From Macrostomum lignano (Eukaryota), in NCBI GenBank assembly GCA_002269645.1, contig NIVC01002298.1:1-64000 (forward strand): a stretch of DNA of 64,000 bases, in the 5' to 3' direction. Below, piece after piece: positions 11,465 through 21,989 of this stretch. Each line of letters starts with the position of its first letter. Position 1 is the stretch's first letter. The notes under the pieces are model-generated. The model made no database searches. It was not told the DNA's origin and was given only the letters and a program-made list of their open reading frames with translations. The translations under genes were made by a program, and so were the position numbers.

Positions 11465-12597
11465 TACCATTTTGAATCCCAGTGCCATAATAATCTCAGT
11501 GCCATTTTGAATCCCAGTGCCATAATAATCTCAGTGCCATTTTGAATCCCAGTGCCATAATAATCTCAGTGCCATTTTGAATCCCAGTGCCATAATAATC
11601 TCAGTGCCATTTTGAATCCCAGTGCCATAATAATCTCAGTGCCAGTTTGAATCCCAGTGCCATAATAATCTCAGTGCCATTTTGAATCCCAGTGCCATAA
11701 TAATCTCAGTGCCAGTTTGAATCCCAGTGCCATAATAATCTCAGTGCCATTTTGAATCCCAGTGTCATAATAATCTCAGTGCCAGTTTTAATCCCAGTGC
11801 CATAATAATCTCAGTGCCAGTTTGAATCCCAGTGCCATAATAATCTCAGTGCCATTTTGAATCCCAGTGCCATAATAATCTCAGTGCCAGTTTGAATCCC
11901 AGTGCCATAATAATCTCAGTGCCATTTTGAATCCCAGCTGCCATAATGATCCCAGTGCCATTTTGAATCCCAGTGCCATAATATTCTCAGTGCCATTTTG
12001 AATCCCAGTGCCATTTTGAATCCCAGTGCCATAATATTCTCAGTGCCATTTTGAATCCCAGTGCCATTTTGAATCCCAGTGCCATTTTGAATCCCAGTGC
12101 CCTTTTTAATCTCAGTGCCATTTTGAATCCCAGTGCCATAATAATCTCAGTGCCATTTTGAATCCCAGCTGCCATAATAATCTCAGTGCCATTTTGAATC
12201 CCAGTGCCATAATAATCTCAGTGCCATTTTGAATCCCAGTGCCCTTTTTAATCTCAGTGCCATTTTGAATCCCAGTGCCATTTTGAATCCCAGTGCCATA
12301 ATAATCTCAGTGCCATTTTGAATCTCAGTGCCATTTTGAATCTCAGTGTCATTTTGAATCCCAGTGCCATTTTGAATCCCAGTGCCATAATAATCCCAGT
12401 GCCATTTTGAATCCCAGTGCCATAATAATCCCAGTGCCATTTTGAATCCCAGTGCCATAATAATCCCAGTGCCATTTTGAATCCCAGTGCCATAATAAAC
12501 CCAGTGCCATTTTGAATCCCAGTGCCATAATAATATCAGTGCCATTTTGAATCCCAGTGCCATAATAATCCCAGTGCCATTTTGAACGCCAGTGCCC
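11465..12597. repeat. Minisatellite, 35-bp dimer of related 18- and 17-bp subunits (gtgccattttgaatccca / gtgccataataatctca)
   Basis: Regular dimers at the 5' side, irregular subunit order toward the 3' side. Confidence 0.95.
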
Positions 12598-12693
12598 TTT
12601 TTAAGTCTATTAGCCCCAATGAACTCAACATTGCAGAAAATTCTCTAGTTTTATACCTCAACATAAAAAGCATTGGAAAAAAATCAATCTCAC

Positions 12694-13319
12694 CTGTCCT
12701 TGGATGACTGCGCTTCTGCCAGCACAGCATCCTTCATCTCAAAGACAGCTTTAATTTGCTCGCTCGCTTGCTTCAGCATTGACCAGGACAAATTACTTAT
12801 CCAAGTACGCGCTGATTTTGTCGCGCAGATCCTCGCTGATCAGCTGTGTGAAACTCGGATGTTGAGACGCTGCATCAGCCGTTTCAAATAGCAGCGGATC
12901 TCTCGGACCGTAGCCGCGGCTCCTTCCGTCCGCCGAGAGAGCTGGCCAGGAAGCCACAAAGTGCTTCTACATCAATTGTGGCCGAAGAGTGCTCGACCAC
13001 CGCTGCTCTGGCCGGCACTGTGGCCGTGGCGTCGACCAGTTTTTGTTACTTTTCGGCTCGGACTGCGTCAGGGTGCTTCTCCACTCTCCGCAGACTTCAC
13101 ATTGTCGCGCCGTCTCCGGCATCGGGCCAGCAGTGCGCGTGCAGCTTTTCTTTGCAAGGCATCTGCCGGTAGCTGTGCAGCTGCTGCCAGCTTTTCCTTT
13201 GCGCTTTCCAGCACAGGCGAATGAGCCCCTTTAAAATGCTCGCTAAACCGAGACATTCTGATGGGCAAGCAGTTGCCAAACGGGCAGATGTACTCTTGCC
13301 CGGCCCGCATTTTCTTCAA
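12694..13319 (-). CDS. Putative exon: C2H2/SIAH-like finger plus helical region, continuing from the PANVQQ array; disrupted downstream
   Basis: LKKMRAGQEYICPFGNCLPIRMSRFSEHFKGAH (C-x4-C-x10-H-x4-H). GC-rich coding-like sequence ends at an ag|gtgaga donor near 12694, but stops and frameshifts occur between 12750 and 13070. Confidence 0.35.
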
Positions 13320-14427
13320 CTGCTGGACGTTGGCGGGCTGCTGGACGTTGGCGGGCTGCTGGACGTTGGCGGGATGCTGGACGTTGGCGGGCTGATGGAC
13401 GTTGGCGGGCTGCTGGACGTTGGCGGGCTGCTGGACGTTGGCGGGCTGCTGGACGTTGGCGGGCTGCTGGACGTTGGCGGGCTGCTGGACGTTGGCGGGC
13501 TGCTGGACGTTGGCGGGCTGCTGGACGTTGGCGCGCTGCTGGACATTGGCGGGCTGCTGGACGTTGGCGGGCTGCTGGACGTTGGCGGGATGCTGGACAT
13601 TGGCGGGCTGCTGGACGTTGGCGGGCTGCTGGACGTTGGCGGGCTGCTGGACGTTGGCGGGCTGCTGGACGTTGGCGGGCTGCTGGACGTTGGCGGGCTG
13701 CTGGACGTTGGCGGGCTGCTGGACGTTGGCGGGCTGCTGGACGTTGGCGCGCTGCTGGACGTTGGCGGGCTGATGGACGTTGGCGGGCTGCTGGACGTTG
13801 GCGGGCTGCTGGACGTTGGCGGGCTGCTGGACGTTGGCGGGCTGCTGGACGTTGGCGGGCTGCTGGACGTTGGCGGGCTGCTGGACGTTGGGGGGCTGCT
13901 GGACGTTGGCGGGATGCTGGACATTGGCGGGCTGCTGGACGTTGGCGGGCTGCTGGACGTTGGCGGGCTGCTGGACGTTGGCGGGCTGCTGGACGTTGGG
14001 GGCTGCTGGACGTTGGCGGGATGCTGGACATTGGCGGGCTGCTGGACGTTGGCGGGCTGCTGGACGTTGGCGGGCTGCTGGACGTTGGCGGGCTGCTGGA
14101 CGTTGGCGGGCTGCTGGACGTTGGCGGGCTGCTGGACGTTGGCGGGCTGCTGGACGTTGGCGCGCTGCTGGACATTGGCGGGCTGCTGGACGTTGGCGGG
14201 CTGCTGGACGTTGGCGGGATGCTGGACATTGGCGGGCTGCTGGACGTTGGCGGGCTGCTGGACGTTGGCGGTCTGCTGGACGTTGGCGGGCTGCTGGACG
14301 TTGGCGGGCTGCTGGACATTGGCGGGATGCTGGACATTGGCGGGCTGCTGGACGTTGGCGGGCTGCTGGACGTTGGCGGGCTGCTGGACGTTGGCGGGCT
14401 GCTGGACGTTGGCGGGATGCTGGACGA
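13320..14427. repeat. 18-bp tandem array (ctgctggacgttggcggg) x~61; reads (PANVQQ)n on the minus strand
   Basis: Very homogeneous units with one 1-nt deletion at 13998-14002. Confidence 0.97.
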
Positions 14428-15300
14428 CTCCAATGGACGGCTTGGTCCATTGCTCTCATTATAACAATTTTTCGATAAATGTTTTATCCATTTGAGTTTA
14501 ATTGAAGAATTGAAATCGGCTAAATGATTCGAAATAGGAATTCGTGAAATAGATAAAAATATGCAAGGAAAAGATGCATGTGCTCAAAAGTGGGGGACGA
14601 AGTCAGTCATCAACAAATCAAAGAGTAGATAAAATTTCATTGGTTGCAATCTGAACTCCACTTTGGTGACTAATTAAAGCTTACAATATTTGGAACTGCT
14701 TGACAAAATTCTTTACGATAATGCAATCGTTACTCTCTGACTTACTCTCGTTAGACGCGCCGGGCGGTGCCGCTGTACATGCTTCTGTACACTGGCGGGG
14801 GTTGAGGTGTGGCGGTGTTGGAACTGACTGAAAAATCGCCTCAGTTTTTTCACGCCATCAACTGACTTTTACGAGTGATCGCAAGCGTTCACTGCAATCA
14901 ACTGACTGATACTGAGGAGAATGACTGGGCTGGGGTTTAGAGGAGGGTGACGCAAGTTTTACAATTTGTTGCGCGAGCAACACTGTGCGCACATTCTCCA
15001 GCTGAGCCCAGGTTCGTACATATTTTCAGCAGGTTTGAGAAAACCATTTTTTGCTTTGAATTCAACACCAGAGAACAGTCTGTATCAGAGTACAAAGGCC
15101 CGCGCTCTTATTGATACAACTGGCGCGAGCTAACAAAAAACCTAGCACCTACACTTTTCCGATCGTCCTTTTTCCTGTTATTTCGATTGTCACGATGCCG
15201 AGGGTCGCATAGAGCAGGATTTTCTTGCACCTTGTTTACCGGGGGTTCCTGCGGCAACCAACAGGCGCTGTTTTTTCACGCTTGCTCATTTCGCTTATGC

Positions 15301-15932
15301 AAGGGGTCGGCAAACTGTTTTACCCCAAGGGCCAGATAGAGAACCTTGAGCAGGGGTCGGCAAACTGTTTTATTCCAAGGGCCAGATAGAGAACCTAGAG
15401 CAGGGGTCGGCAAACCGTTTTACCCCAAGGGCCAGATAAAGAACCTTGAGCAGGGGTCGGCAAACTTTTTTACCCCAAGGGCCAGATAGAGAACCTTGAG
15501 CAGGGGTCGGCAAACTGTTTTACCCCAAGGGCCAGATAGAGAACCTTGAGCAGGGGTCGGCAAACTTTTCTACCCCAAGGGCCAGATAAAGAATATTGAG
15601 CAGGGGTCGGCAAACTGTTTTACCCCAAGGGCCAGATAAAGAACCTAGAGCAGGGGTCGGCAAACTTTTCTACCCCAAGGGCCAGATAAATAACCTTGAG
15701 CATGACTGCGGTCCGGAGGAAAGAGGAGATGCGAGGGAATAAAAATGAAAGAAGGCAGATAGGAGAAGGGAGAGGCGAGGGAATAAAGGAGCAAAGAGGA
15801 GAGAAGAGAGAAGAGCGCTGAGAAGAGACAAACATCGAGCGGGCCGGATTGTGCAGTTGTGCTATTGTGCGGTTTCAAAGGACCGCGAGGGCCGGATGAA
15901 GAGGCTTTGCGGGCCGGAGTTGCCGACCCCTG
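15301..15932 (+). mobile_element. hAT-type MITE whose 50-bp left terminus is tandemly repeated 8 times
   Basis: TIR caggggtcggcaa / ttgccgacccctg. Degenerate 8-bp TSD gcttatgc (15293-15300) / gctcatgt (15933-15940). Units start at 15301, 15351 ... 15651. Confidence 0.85.
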
Positions 15933-16109
15933 GCTCATGTGATGGAAAATAATGAAATAGTTAATAACCTGACTGGTGTGATGAACAATCAATTTTGAAG
16001 CGACAGTCAGACTAGACGGAGAGTTGTTGAAATAGAGTGGCTTGAGTTGAATTTTGTGTGTTTCGCAACTTGAGGGCCGCCATTTCTCTTTTTTTGCTCA
16101 GCCGCCGTC

Positions 16110-17095
16110 ATGAGTGCCAGCCCAAAGCGACTCAACGTGCGCCAACTCAAGGCTGAGCTGCGAAACAGAGGCCTGCCTACTACAGGCCGCAAACAACAGC
16201 TTGCCAAGCGCTTGTCTACTGCACTCGGCTTAGAGCAAGCTGACGAAGACTTCAACAACTCAAAGCCCTCAGTATGGAGGCCTTTCACCTTCCTGGTCGC
16301 ATGCAGATTTTGCTGATGCTCGCCTCCTTTTGCAGGTCGCCCTCGCCCTCTGGAGACGCCGCCCGCCCCCCGCTGTGTCCGCCGGACACCTGTGCCGCCT
16401 CGGCCTGGCGGAGAACTCCTGGAGATCCTACCTCAGCCAGCTGCGCTCCTGGGAAGCCCTCTGTGTCATTCTCCAGCCTCTGAGCCTACGTCCATGCCGT
16501 CTCGTTTCTGCACCAAGCCACCGGCGCCCCCGACCCAGCGAAAGACTTCACCGTGCAGCTGGCCCTCCGCGGCGCCAAACGTCATCTGGGCCTGCGATGC
16601 AAACAGGCGAAGCCGCTGACCATCGGGCACCTCAAGAGCATCCATCAGCAGCTCCCGCGCTCCATCTCAAGCGCAGATCTCAGGGCCGCCTTCTGGGCGG
16701 CTCTCCTGGTGGGCTGGTGGGGCATGTTGCGCCTTGGCGACTTTCTATCGACCCGCGGCAGCCGCTCTGTCTCGCGGGCTGCCTGTCGGCTTCATCTGGC
16801 TGCTGGAAGTTGGCCCTCCCTAAGACCAAGACCAACCAGTTCGGGTCGACGCCGCATGTCGTCCAGAGTCACCACTCTGCCCTGTGCGCGCCCTGTGGGT
16901 TTCTCCGGCCACAGCATCCGGCGTGGGGGTGCCAGCTTCTGTCATCAAATCGGCTTGTCAGATTCGGACGTTCGGGCTCTTGGGGGCTGGAGATCGGACG
17001 CTGTGCTCCGCTACTTTTCTGCCAGCTCTGCCCTGTCGCGCCGCCAGCGCTCTGCTTCTTTCATGACTTCGCAGCTGCAGGCTGCTTCCACCTGA
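16110..17095 (+). mobile_element. Internally deleted DIRS/Ngaro-group element: SAP domain, RNase H C-terminal stub, frameshifted tyrosine recombinase
   Basis: SAP: LNVRQLKAELRNRGLPTTGRKQQLAKRL. RH stub: AFHLPGR..(fs)..FADA. YR: GLAENSWRSYLSQLRSWE, AALLVGWWGMLRLGDF, KTKTNQFG, GHSIRRGGASF, LGGWRSDAVLRY (R, H-x-x-R and Y catalytic pattern). Element ends not identified. Confidence 0.8.
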
Positions 17096-17367
17096 TTGCC
17101 TTCCCGCTTTTACTCCTTCCCTTCCCCATCATTGGGGTTGGGATCCGCTTTCTCGGCCGCTGCCTGCTTTTCGCAACTGATTTGTCTCGTTTGGCTCCTT
17201 CCGGCGTGTTTAATGGCGCAATCGTAAGTTTGGTGCAGCAAATTGCTGCTTAGATGGCCTTCCAACATGAACCACCTACCACTTTCACTAAGCATTGCGC
17301 CATTTTGACCATACTCGGCGCACGTATTTGCTTTTAAACAGTCAAAAAACAGTGATCCTTATCTTTA

Positions 17368-19585
17368 TGATGTAACCACGCTCTGGTCGCGGGATAGGGC
17401 ATGGGAACTTTTTCGAAAGTGCCTCCTATCCCGTGCACCCTCTGCACAGAGCTGTCGAGACTCGGCCAGGTCTCCGACCGGGCCTGGAGACTCCCGCTCT
17501 GCTGCACCCCTCCTGCTGCCTTGGTCCCGTCTCTCCTGCCGCCACACCTGCCTTTCCGGAGCCCCTACCCCTTTCTGTACCTCCCCCTCTGCCCTGTCTC
17601 TTCTGTTCCCGCCCTATTCTTCCTGTACTTTCTCTACCTCCTCCCTTTTTTTTGTCTCCCTCTGCACTCTTTTCCTGCGCTGTCCCCTCTTTCCCTGTGT
17701 CTACTTACAGTACTTTGTGTGCTCACCGTCTCCCCATCCCCTCTCAAACTCCCAAACGGTGACGCAAGTCGTGTGACCCCTTCTCCCCCTCGGTGACTCA
17801 TCGATGACTCATCCCCCTCTCTTGCGCAACCTTTTCTCACGCTATTGTTCTCCTTCCCAAATTTCTCATGTGACACCCACCCCACCTCCGCTTCTATTGT
17901 TCTCGTTTTTGCTTCTTTTGTTCTCTCGACCCCCACCAATTATCACATTTTCTCCGATTTTCTCTTTCTTTTGTTCTCGTTTTCGCACCTAATAATCACC
18001 TTTTCTCCAATGTTTACTTTTCCATTGTTCTCAGTTTTCCCCAATTATCCCCGATTTCCAATTCCTTTGTTCTCGACCCCAGCCCTATTGTTCTCAATGT
18101 TTGCTTGCGCAACACTTTCGCGACCACCCGCTGCGCCAATTATCCCCCACCCCACCTCCGGATTGCGCAATTTCCCGATTTCTCATGTTGCTATGCCGGT
18201 CTCATGCTTCTCATCATGACTCATTCTGACGTCATTCTGCCGGCAGCCAATCAGAGAGAGGGAGCCATGGTAACGACCTTGAGGAGGCGGCTGTGAGGTC
18301 TATAAAAGGAAGCGATTTCGGCATGAGAATACTCAACTGAGTTTATCTCTGTTCCTCTCCTCGTCCTTCTTTGGACTTGCTGTCAGATTGAGTTCTGACC
18401 CATTCGTCTATAAGACGAATCCCTGCCGGTCCGCGGTCTGTTACCGCCAAGTTATCCTTAGCTCCCCAAGTGAGCTCGCCTATCGGCCAGCGGTCTGATA
18501 CCGCCCAGCATCATCAGCATCGCCTGATCTACATCAGCGCCTCGTCGCTCCAGCGCATCGCCGCTTCACCGTCTGCCTGACTGCAGCCTACAGCCGCCCT
18601 CGGTCACTCCGCCTCTCTCTCTCTCTGTGCAGCTGCCGGTAAGTTCCTGCTACTAATTTGTGCTCTAATTGCCTTTGCTTATCCGGGGTTTGCCTATTTT
18701 CCATTGTCTGATTAGAGAGCTGAGCCAATTGTGATACCGTATCTTTTGCTGTATCTTACTCAATAGTGAAGCCGCCTAATTGCCTGCTTATTTGCCTAAG
18801 GGCCTAATTATTAACTATTAACTAACTTCATCATTATTCAATCTTTCACCATCATTTCACTCATGGCTTGCTAAGCCTTTCCCCCGGGGTGGCAAAGCAT
18901 AAGGAAGTTTGGGTAAGCTAATGGCCTCTCCCCGTGCACAGCCCGCCTGTGAGTGCGTGCTGCGGGGCCGCGTGTGCGTGCAGTAGAGGGATTAGCGAGT
19001 CTTGGCACAGAATGGCAGTAGGAAGGTTGCAACCCCATGCTAACGCGTCCCTTCGCCCTGAGCAATCTAAACTGTAGATAGTACATGTTCGCCTCATACT
19101 ACTCTTAGTAATCAAAGTCGCAAGTCAGCCTCGCTCACAGCCACAAAGGATCCCCTGCTGAGAAATCCTCCAGGATTGAGCCCAGAGTTCCCGATCATGC
19201 CCCAAGCAGAGTCCCTGTACTCGGCTGCATGCGTCTCCCCTGTTAGCCTAAATCCCCTGGTAACCAATCCAGGCGGGGCTCTAGCCTCGAGAGGTCTGGT
19301 AGAAAGATCCAGGTGCGCCAGGTCACATAGAGTGGTGGCAGCCACTCGGTCATACCATGACCGAGTGACCAACTATTGCACCTTGGCTACAGGTGGGGTC
19401 CATGTGGGTCCTTGGCCCTCTGGTCACGAAGCGCTACCAAAGCTACTAATCATGTGGGCGGGACAGTCTGGTGCTGGAGGTCCGTCAGGTCATTGCCCGG
19501 TCCTAGGCAGCCTACGGTCATTGCCCCCTCTAGCCATGCGTTCGTCTCTCTACGGAGCGGACAGGCGACAAGGGCGGTTACATCA
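17368..19585 (+). mobile_element. ~2.2-kb solo LTR, gypsy-like
   Basis: 10-bp inverted termini tgatgtaacc / ggttacatca, 4-bp TSD ttta (17364-17367, 19586-19589), an internal promoter, and no long ORF. Confidence 0.8.
18217..18307 (+). promoter_or_regulatory. LTR promoter: AP-1 (18217), CRE (18227), CCAAT (18247), TATAAAA (18301)
   Basis: Exact consensus motifs in canonical order and spacing. Confidence 0.7.
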
Positions 19586-19942
19586 TTTACTCAAACTCCA
19601 CCTACAATGGAAATGTGGGAAAAGCGCGAATCACACATCACAAAAGGAACAGCTGTGCATAATGCATGGAAAAAATAGATAAAAAATTGCTCGCTCACAG
19701 CGGACTCACAGTGGGAAACCAAAACCAAACCAAAACTAGCAGCAAAACCAAATTGTATTTTGATACGAGGTAGAAAGTCCTTACTAAAGAAACTGGCGTA
19801 ATAATTCTGAGCGCTGTCAATATATAGAATCAAATGGAGAGCTTAGAAATGACACTAAAATGGAGCTGGTATACACAGCTGCAGAGATGACGCAGACAGA
19901 CTGGCCCGCTACTCTCAGCATCATTAACTAGCCGCATCTTTT

Positions 19943-20115
19943 GCTTCTCACTGCTGCTGCTGTTGGGGCCGCATCTTTTGTTTCTCATTGCTGCTTTTGC
20001 TGGGGGCCGCATCTTTTGTTTCTCATTGCTGCTTTTGCTGGGGGCCGCATCTTTTGTTTCTCATTGCTGCTGTTGCTGGGGGCCGCATCTTTTGTTTCTC
20101 ATTGCTGCTGCTGAT
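19943..20115. repeat. ~34-bp minisatellite x~5 (ggggccgcatcttttgtttctcattgctgct...)
   Basis: Direct repeats; a related monomer lies on the minus strand at ~25105-25140. Confidence 0.85.
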
Positions 20116-20269
20116 GCAGGCTGCCTCACGCATCACTTCTGAAATTTTTTCTTTACCGCTGCAGCACCAGTCAACGCCAGCATTAAAATGAAACAAGAAA
20201 ATGCATGAAACTTTGCTGCTGCTTCAATTGTCCCTCCACTTCACACAATGAATGCCACAGCAACAGCTG

Positions 20270-20700
20270 TGTAGCTTTTACAGCAGCTGCCATCATATTT
20301 TTAGTCACTGGCTCAGCTCAAGATCAATCCTTGCCGCCAGGTTTCTATCGGTTGATCAACGGCTTTGACTGTACCGATTCTGAGTTTGTCCATCACTCCT
20401 AATGATGTCACTTCTCTGATTGACTGTGCAGCTGTGTGCTCAGTGACTTTGTGCTCAACCAATGCAAACAGAGTGTGAGGGAATGCGCCTGCACCAAAAC
20501 TGCACAAAGCTGTGATGAAGCGATAGGTGCGGCGTGAAGTACAGAGTTTTGAGTGAGTCGAAAACAGAGCAGAAGGCTGTGTGTTGCTGTCAGTGATGGC
20601 TGATGTGATTGATGAGTCAGAGAGGCAGCCCATTCGAAACATGGCGTACATGATCAAGTTTGGACAATCGACTATCCGCCAGGGGCTGCATGTTAGGAGA
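20270..20700 (+). pseudogene. Possible remnant of a secreted Cys-rich, PAN-like gene
   Basis: Signal-like AAAIIFLVTGSA, then VTSLIDCAAVCS (cf. KKFDCLSLCS in the neighbouring PAN domain); several frameshifts and stops. Confidence 0.3.
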
Positions 20701-21121
20701 TGAGCAGGCAGCAGGCAGCAAGGATCCTGCAGGATGCTGGCACTGCAGCTGGTGCTGTGGATCCGAGTTTTGCGGCAGAGCGGGCAACCAAATAATTATG
20801 GCGTTGGTGAGTCAAGAATAATTTGACGCAAAAACAGAGATTTTTTGATGCAGCCATTTTTCGGGCTATGTTTTGATTTGACTCGAATTTATTATTGAGA
20901 AGGTAAAACACCTTAATCACAGCAGCTTATTCACTTAGGATTGTTCTGAGAAATACAGCGAGTACTCATCAAGTACTACTTCGAAGTATCAAAGGGAAAT
21001 TGCCTTCGATACGTTTTCTATTAAAAAATTTTCATGAAGACTTCTCTGTTTAATAATCTATTAGATCTATTATTGTTCTATGTAAAAGTACTTCCTTCTA
21101 GTGAGGTCTTCAGCAAGATCA

Positions 21122-21814
21122 TCAGTACACCTTCACGTACTTCTTCCAGTTGGGGTCCAGCTCGATCGCGTCACCAACACTGGCGTCAGTGAAGTCCAGC
21201 ATCCGGCACCTGCCCTGCACAGCATTGTGCAGAGCAGCTCTGCACTGCCAGCGGCGTGAGCAGAGGGACAGACAGTCAAACTTCTTGTTAACAGCCGCGA
21301 CCTCAGTGAAGCAGTAGTCAGGACTGATGTCACCGAGCTTGAGGAACTCAGCGACCTTGAGGTAGGAGCTGTTCGGCGTTGTGATTGGCTGGCAGACTGC
21401 GCCATTAGTGTTCAGCATGCCGTCACCGAGTCCAGTGTTGAATATCAAGCCGAAGTCGTCATTGGCAGCGGAATTTTGGGGAGAAGGCTCATTCCAATCA
21501 GAATCATTGGACTGAAGCAGCGAGCCATTCGTGAGCTGCCAGCCAGTGCGGGATGTCTGCCGCTCGCGCGTCAAGTCCGAGAATCCAACCCAGGACCAGG
21601 CGGAGATTTGCGATCGCACGGCTCGCATCACCCCAAGATCCAGCAGCAGTTCGCCACCGATTTGCAAGCAGCGCTCAGCTGCATCGCACCACAGTCTCTT
21701 CGGGGAGTATTCGATGAAGAGGCAGTGGCCGTTTGTGATGGTGAAAGGGAGCTGACAGGCGGATGCTGCAGTGAGAAGCAGAAGCTGCAGCTGCATAAGC
21801 GGTTGCAGCTGCAT
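21122..21814 (-). CDS. Secreted C-type-lectin-like domain + PAN/apple-like domain protein, intronless
   Basis: Signal peptide MQLQPLMQLQLLLLTAASA. CTLD motifs CQLPF..NGHCLF, WCDAAERC..IGGEL, WVGFSD, VCQ. C-terminal C-x12-C-x3-C-x4-C-x11-C pattern (DCLSLCSRRWQC...GRC). Confidence 0.8.
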   Translation of the reverse strand: MQLQPLMQLQLLLLTAASACQLPFTITNGHCLFIEYSPKRLWCDAAERCLQIGGELLLDLGVMRAVRSQISAWSWVGFSDLTRERQTSRTGWQLTNGSLLQSNDSDWNEPSPQNSAANDDFGLIFNTGLGDGMLNTNGAVCQPITTPNSSYLKVAEFLKLGDISPDYCFTEVAAVNKKFDCLSLCSRRWQCRAALHNAVQGRCRMLDFTDASVGDAIELDPNWKKYVKVY

Positions 21815-21989
21815 GATGTTGCTTTCTTTGGCAGTGATGCAGATGTGACAAATGGGCAATGTTTTGTCAAGTGTGAGTTCAGTATGACGAAATTTAATTG
21901 GCATTTGCTTTTGTTCCAGGCAGCCAATCAGAAGTGAGAAAGTAAAGAATTTCTTTTGTGGCTTTTGAGATGCGTTTTACAGTTGCTGA

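Noticed and set aside
13221-14495. (LLDVGG)n plus-strand ORF and other frames of the array
   Set aside because: The unit lacks stops in all frames, and there is no flanking coding support on the plus strand.
15301-15700. CRISPR-like regular repeats (also 45311-45803)
   Set aside because: Head-to-tail units without unique spacers, no cas genes, eukaryotic TE origin.
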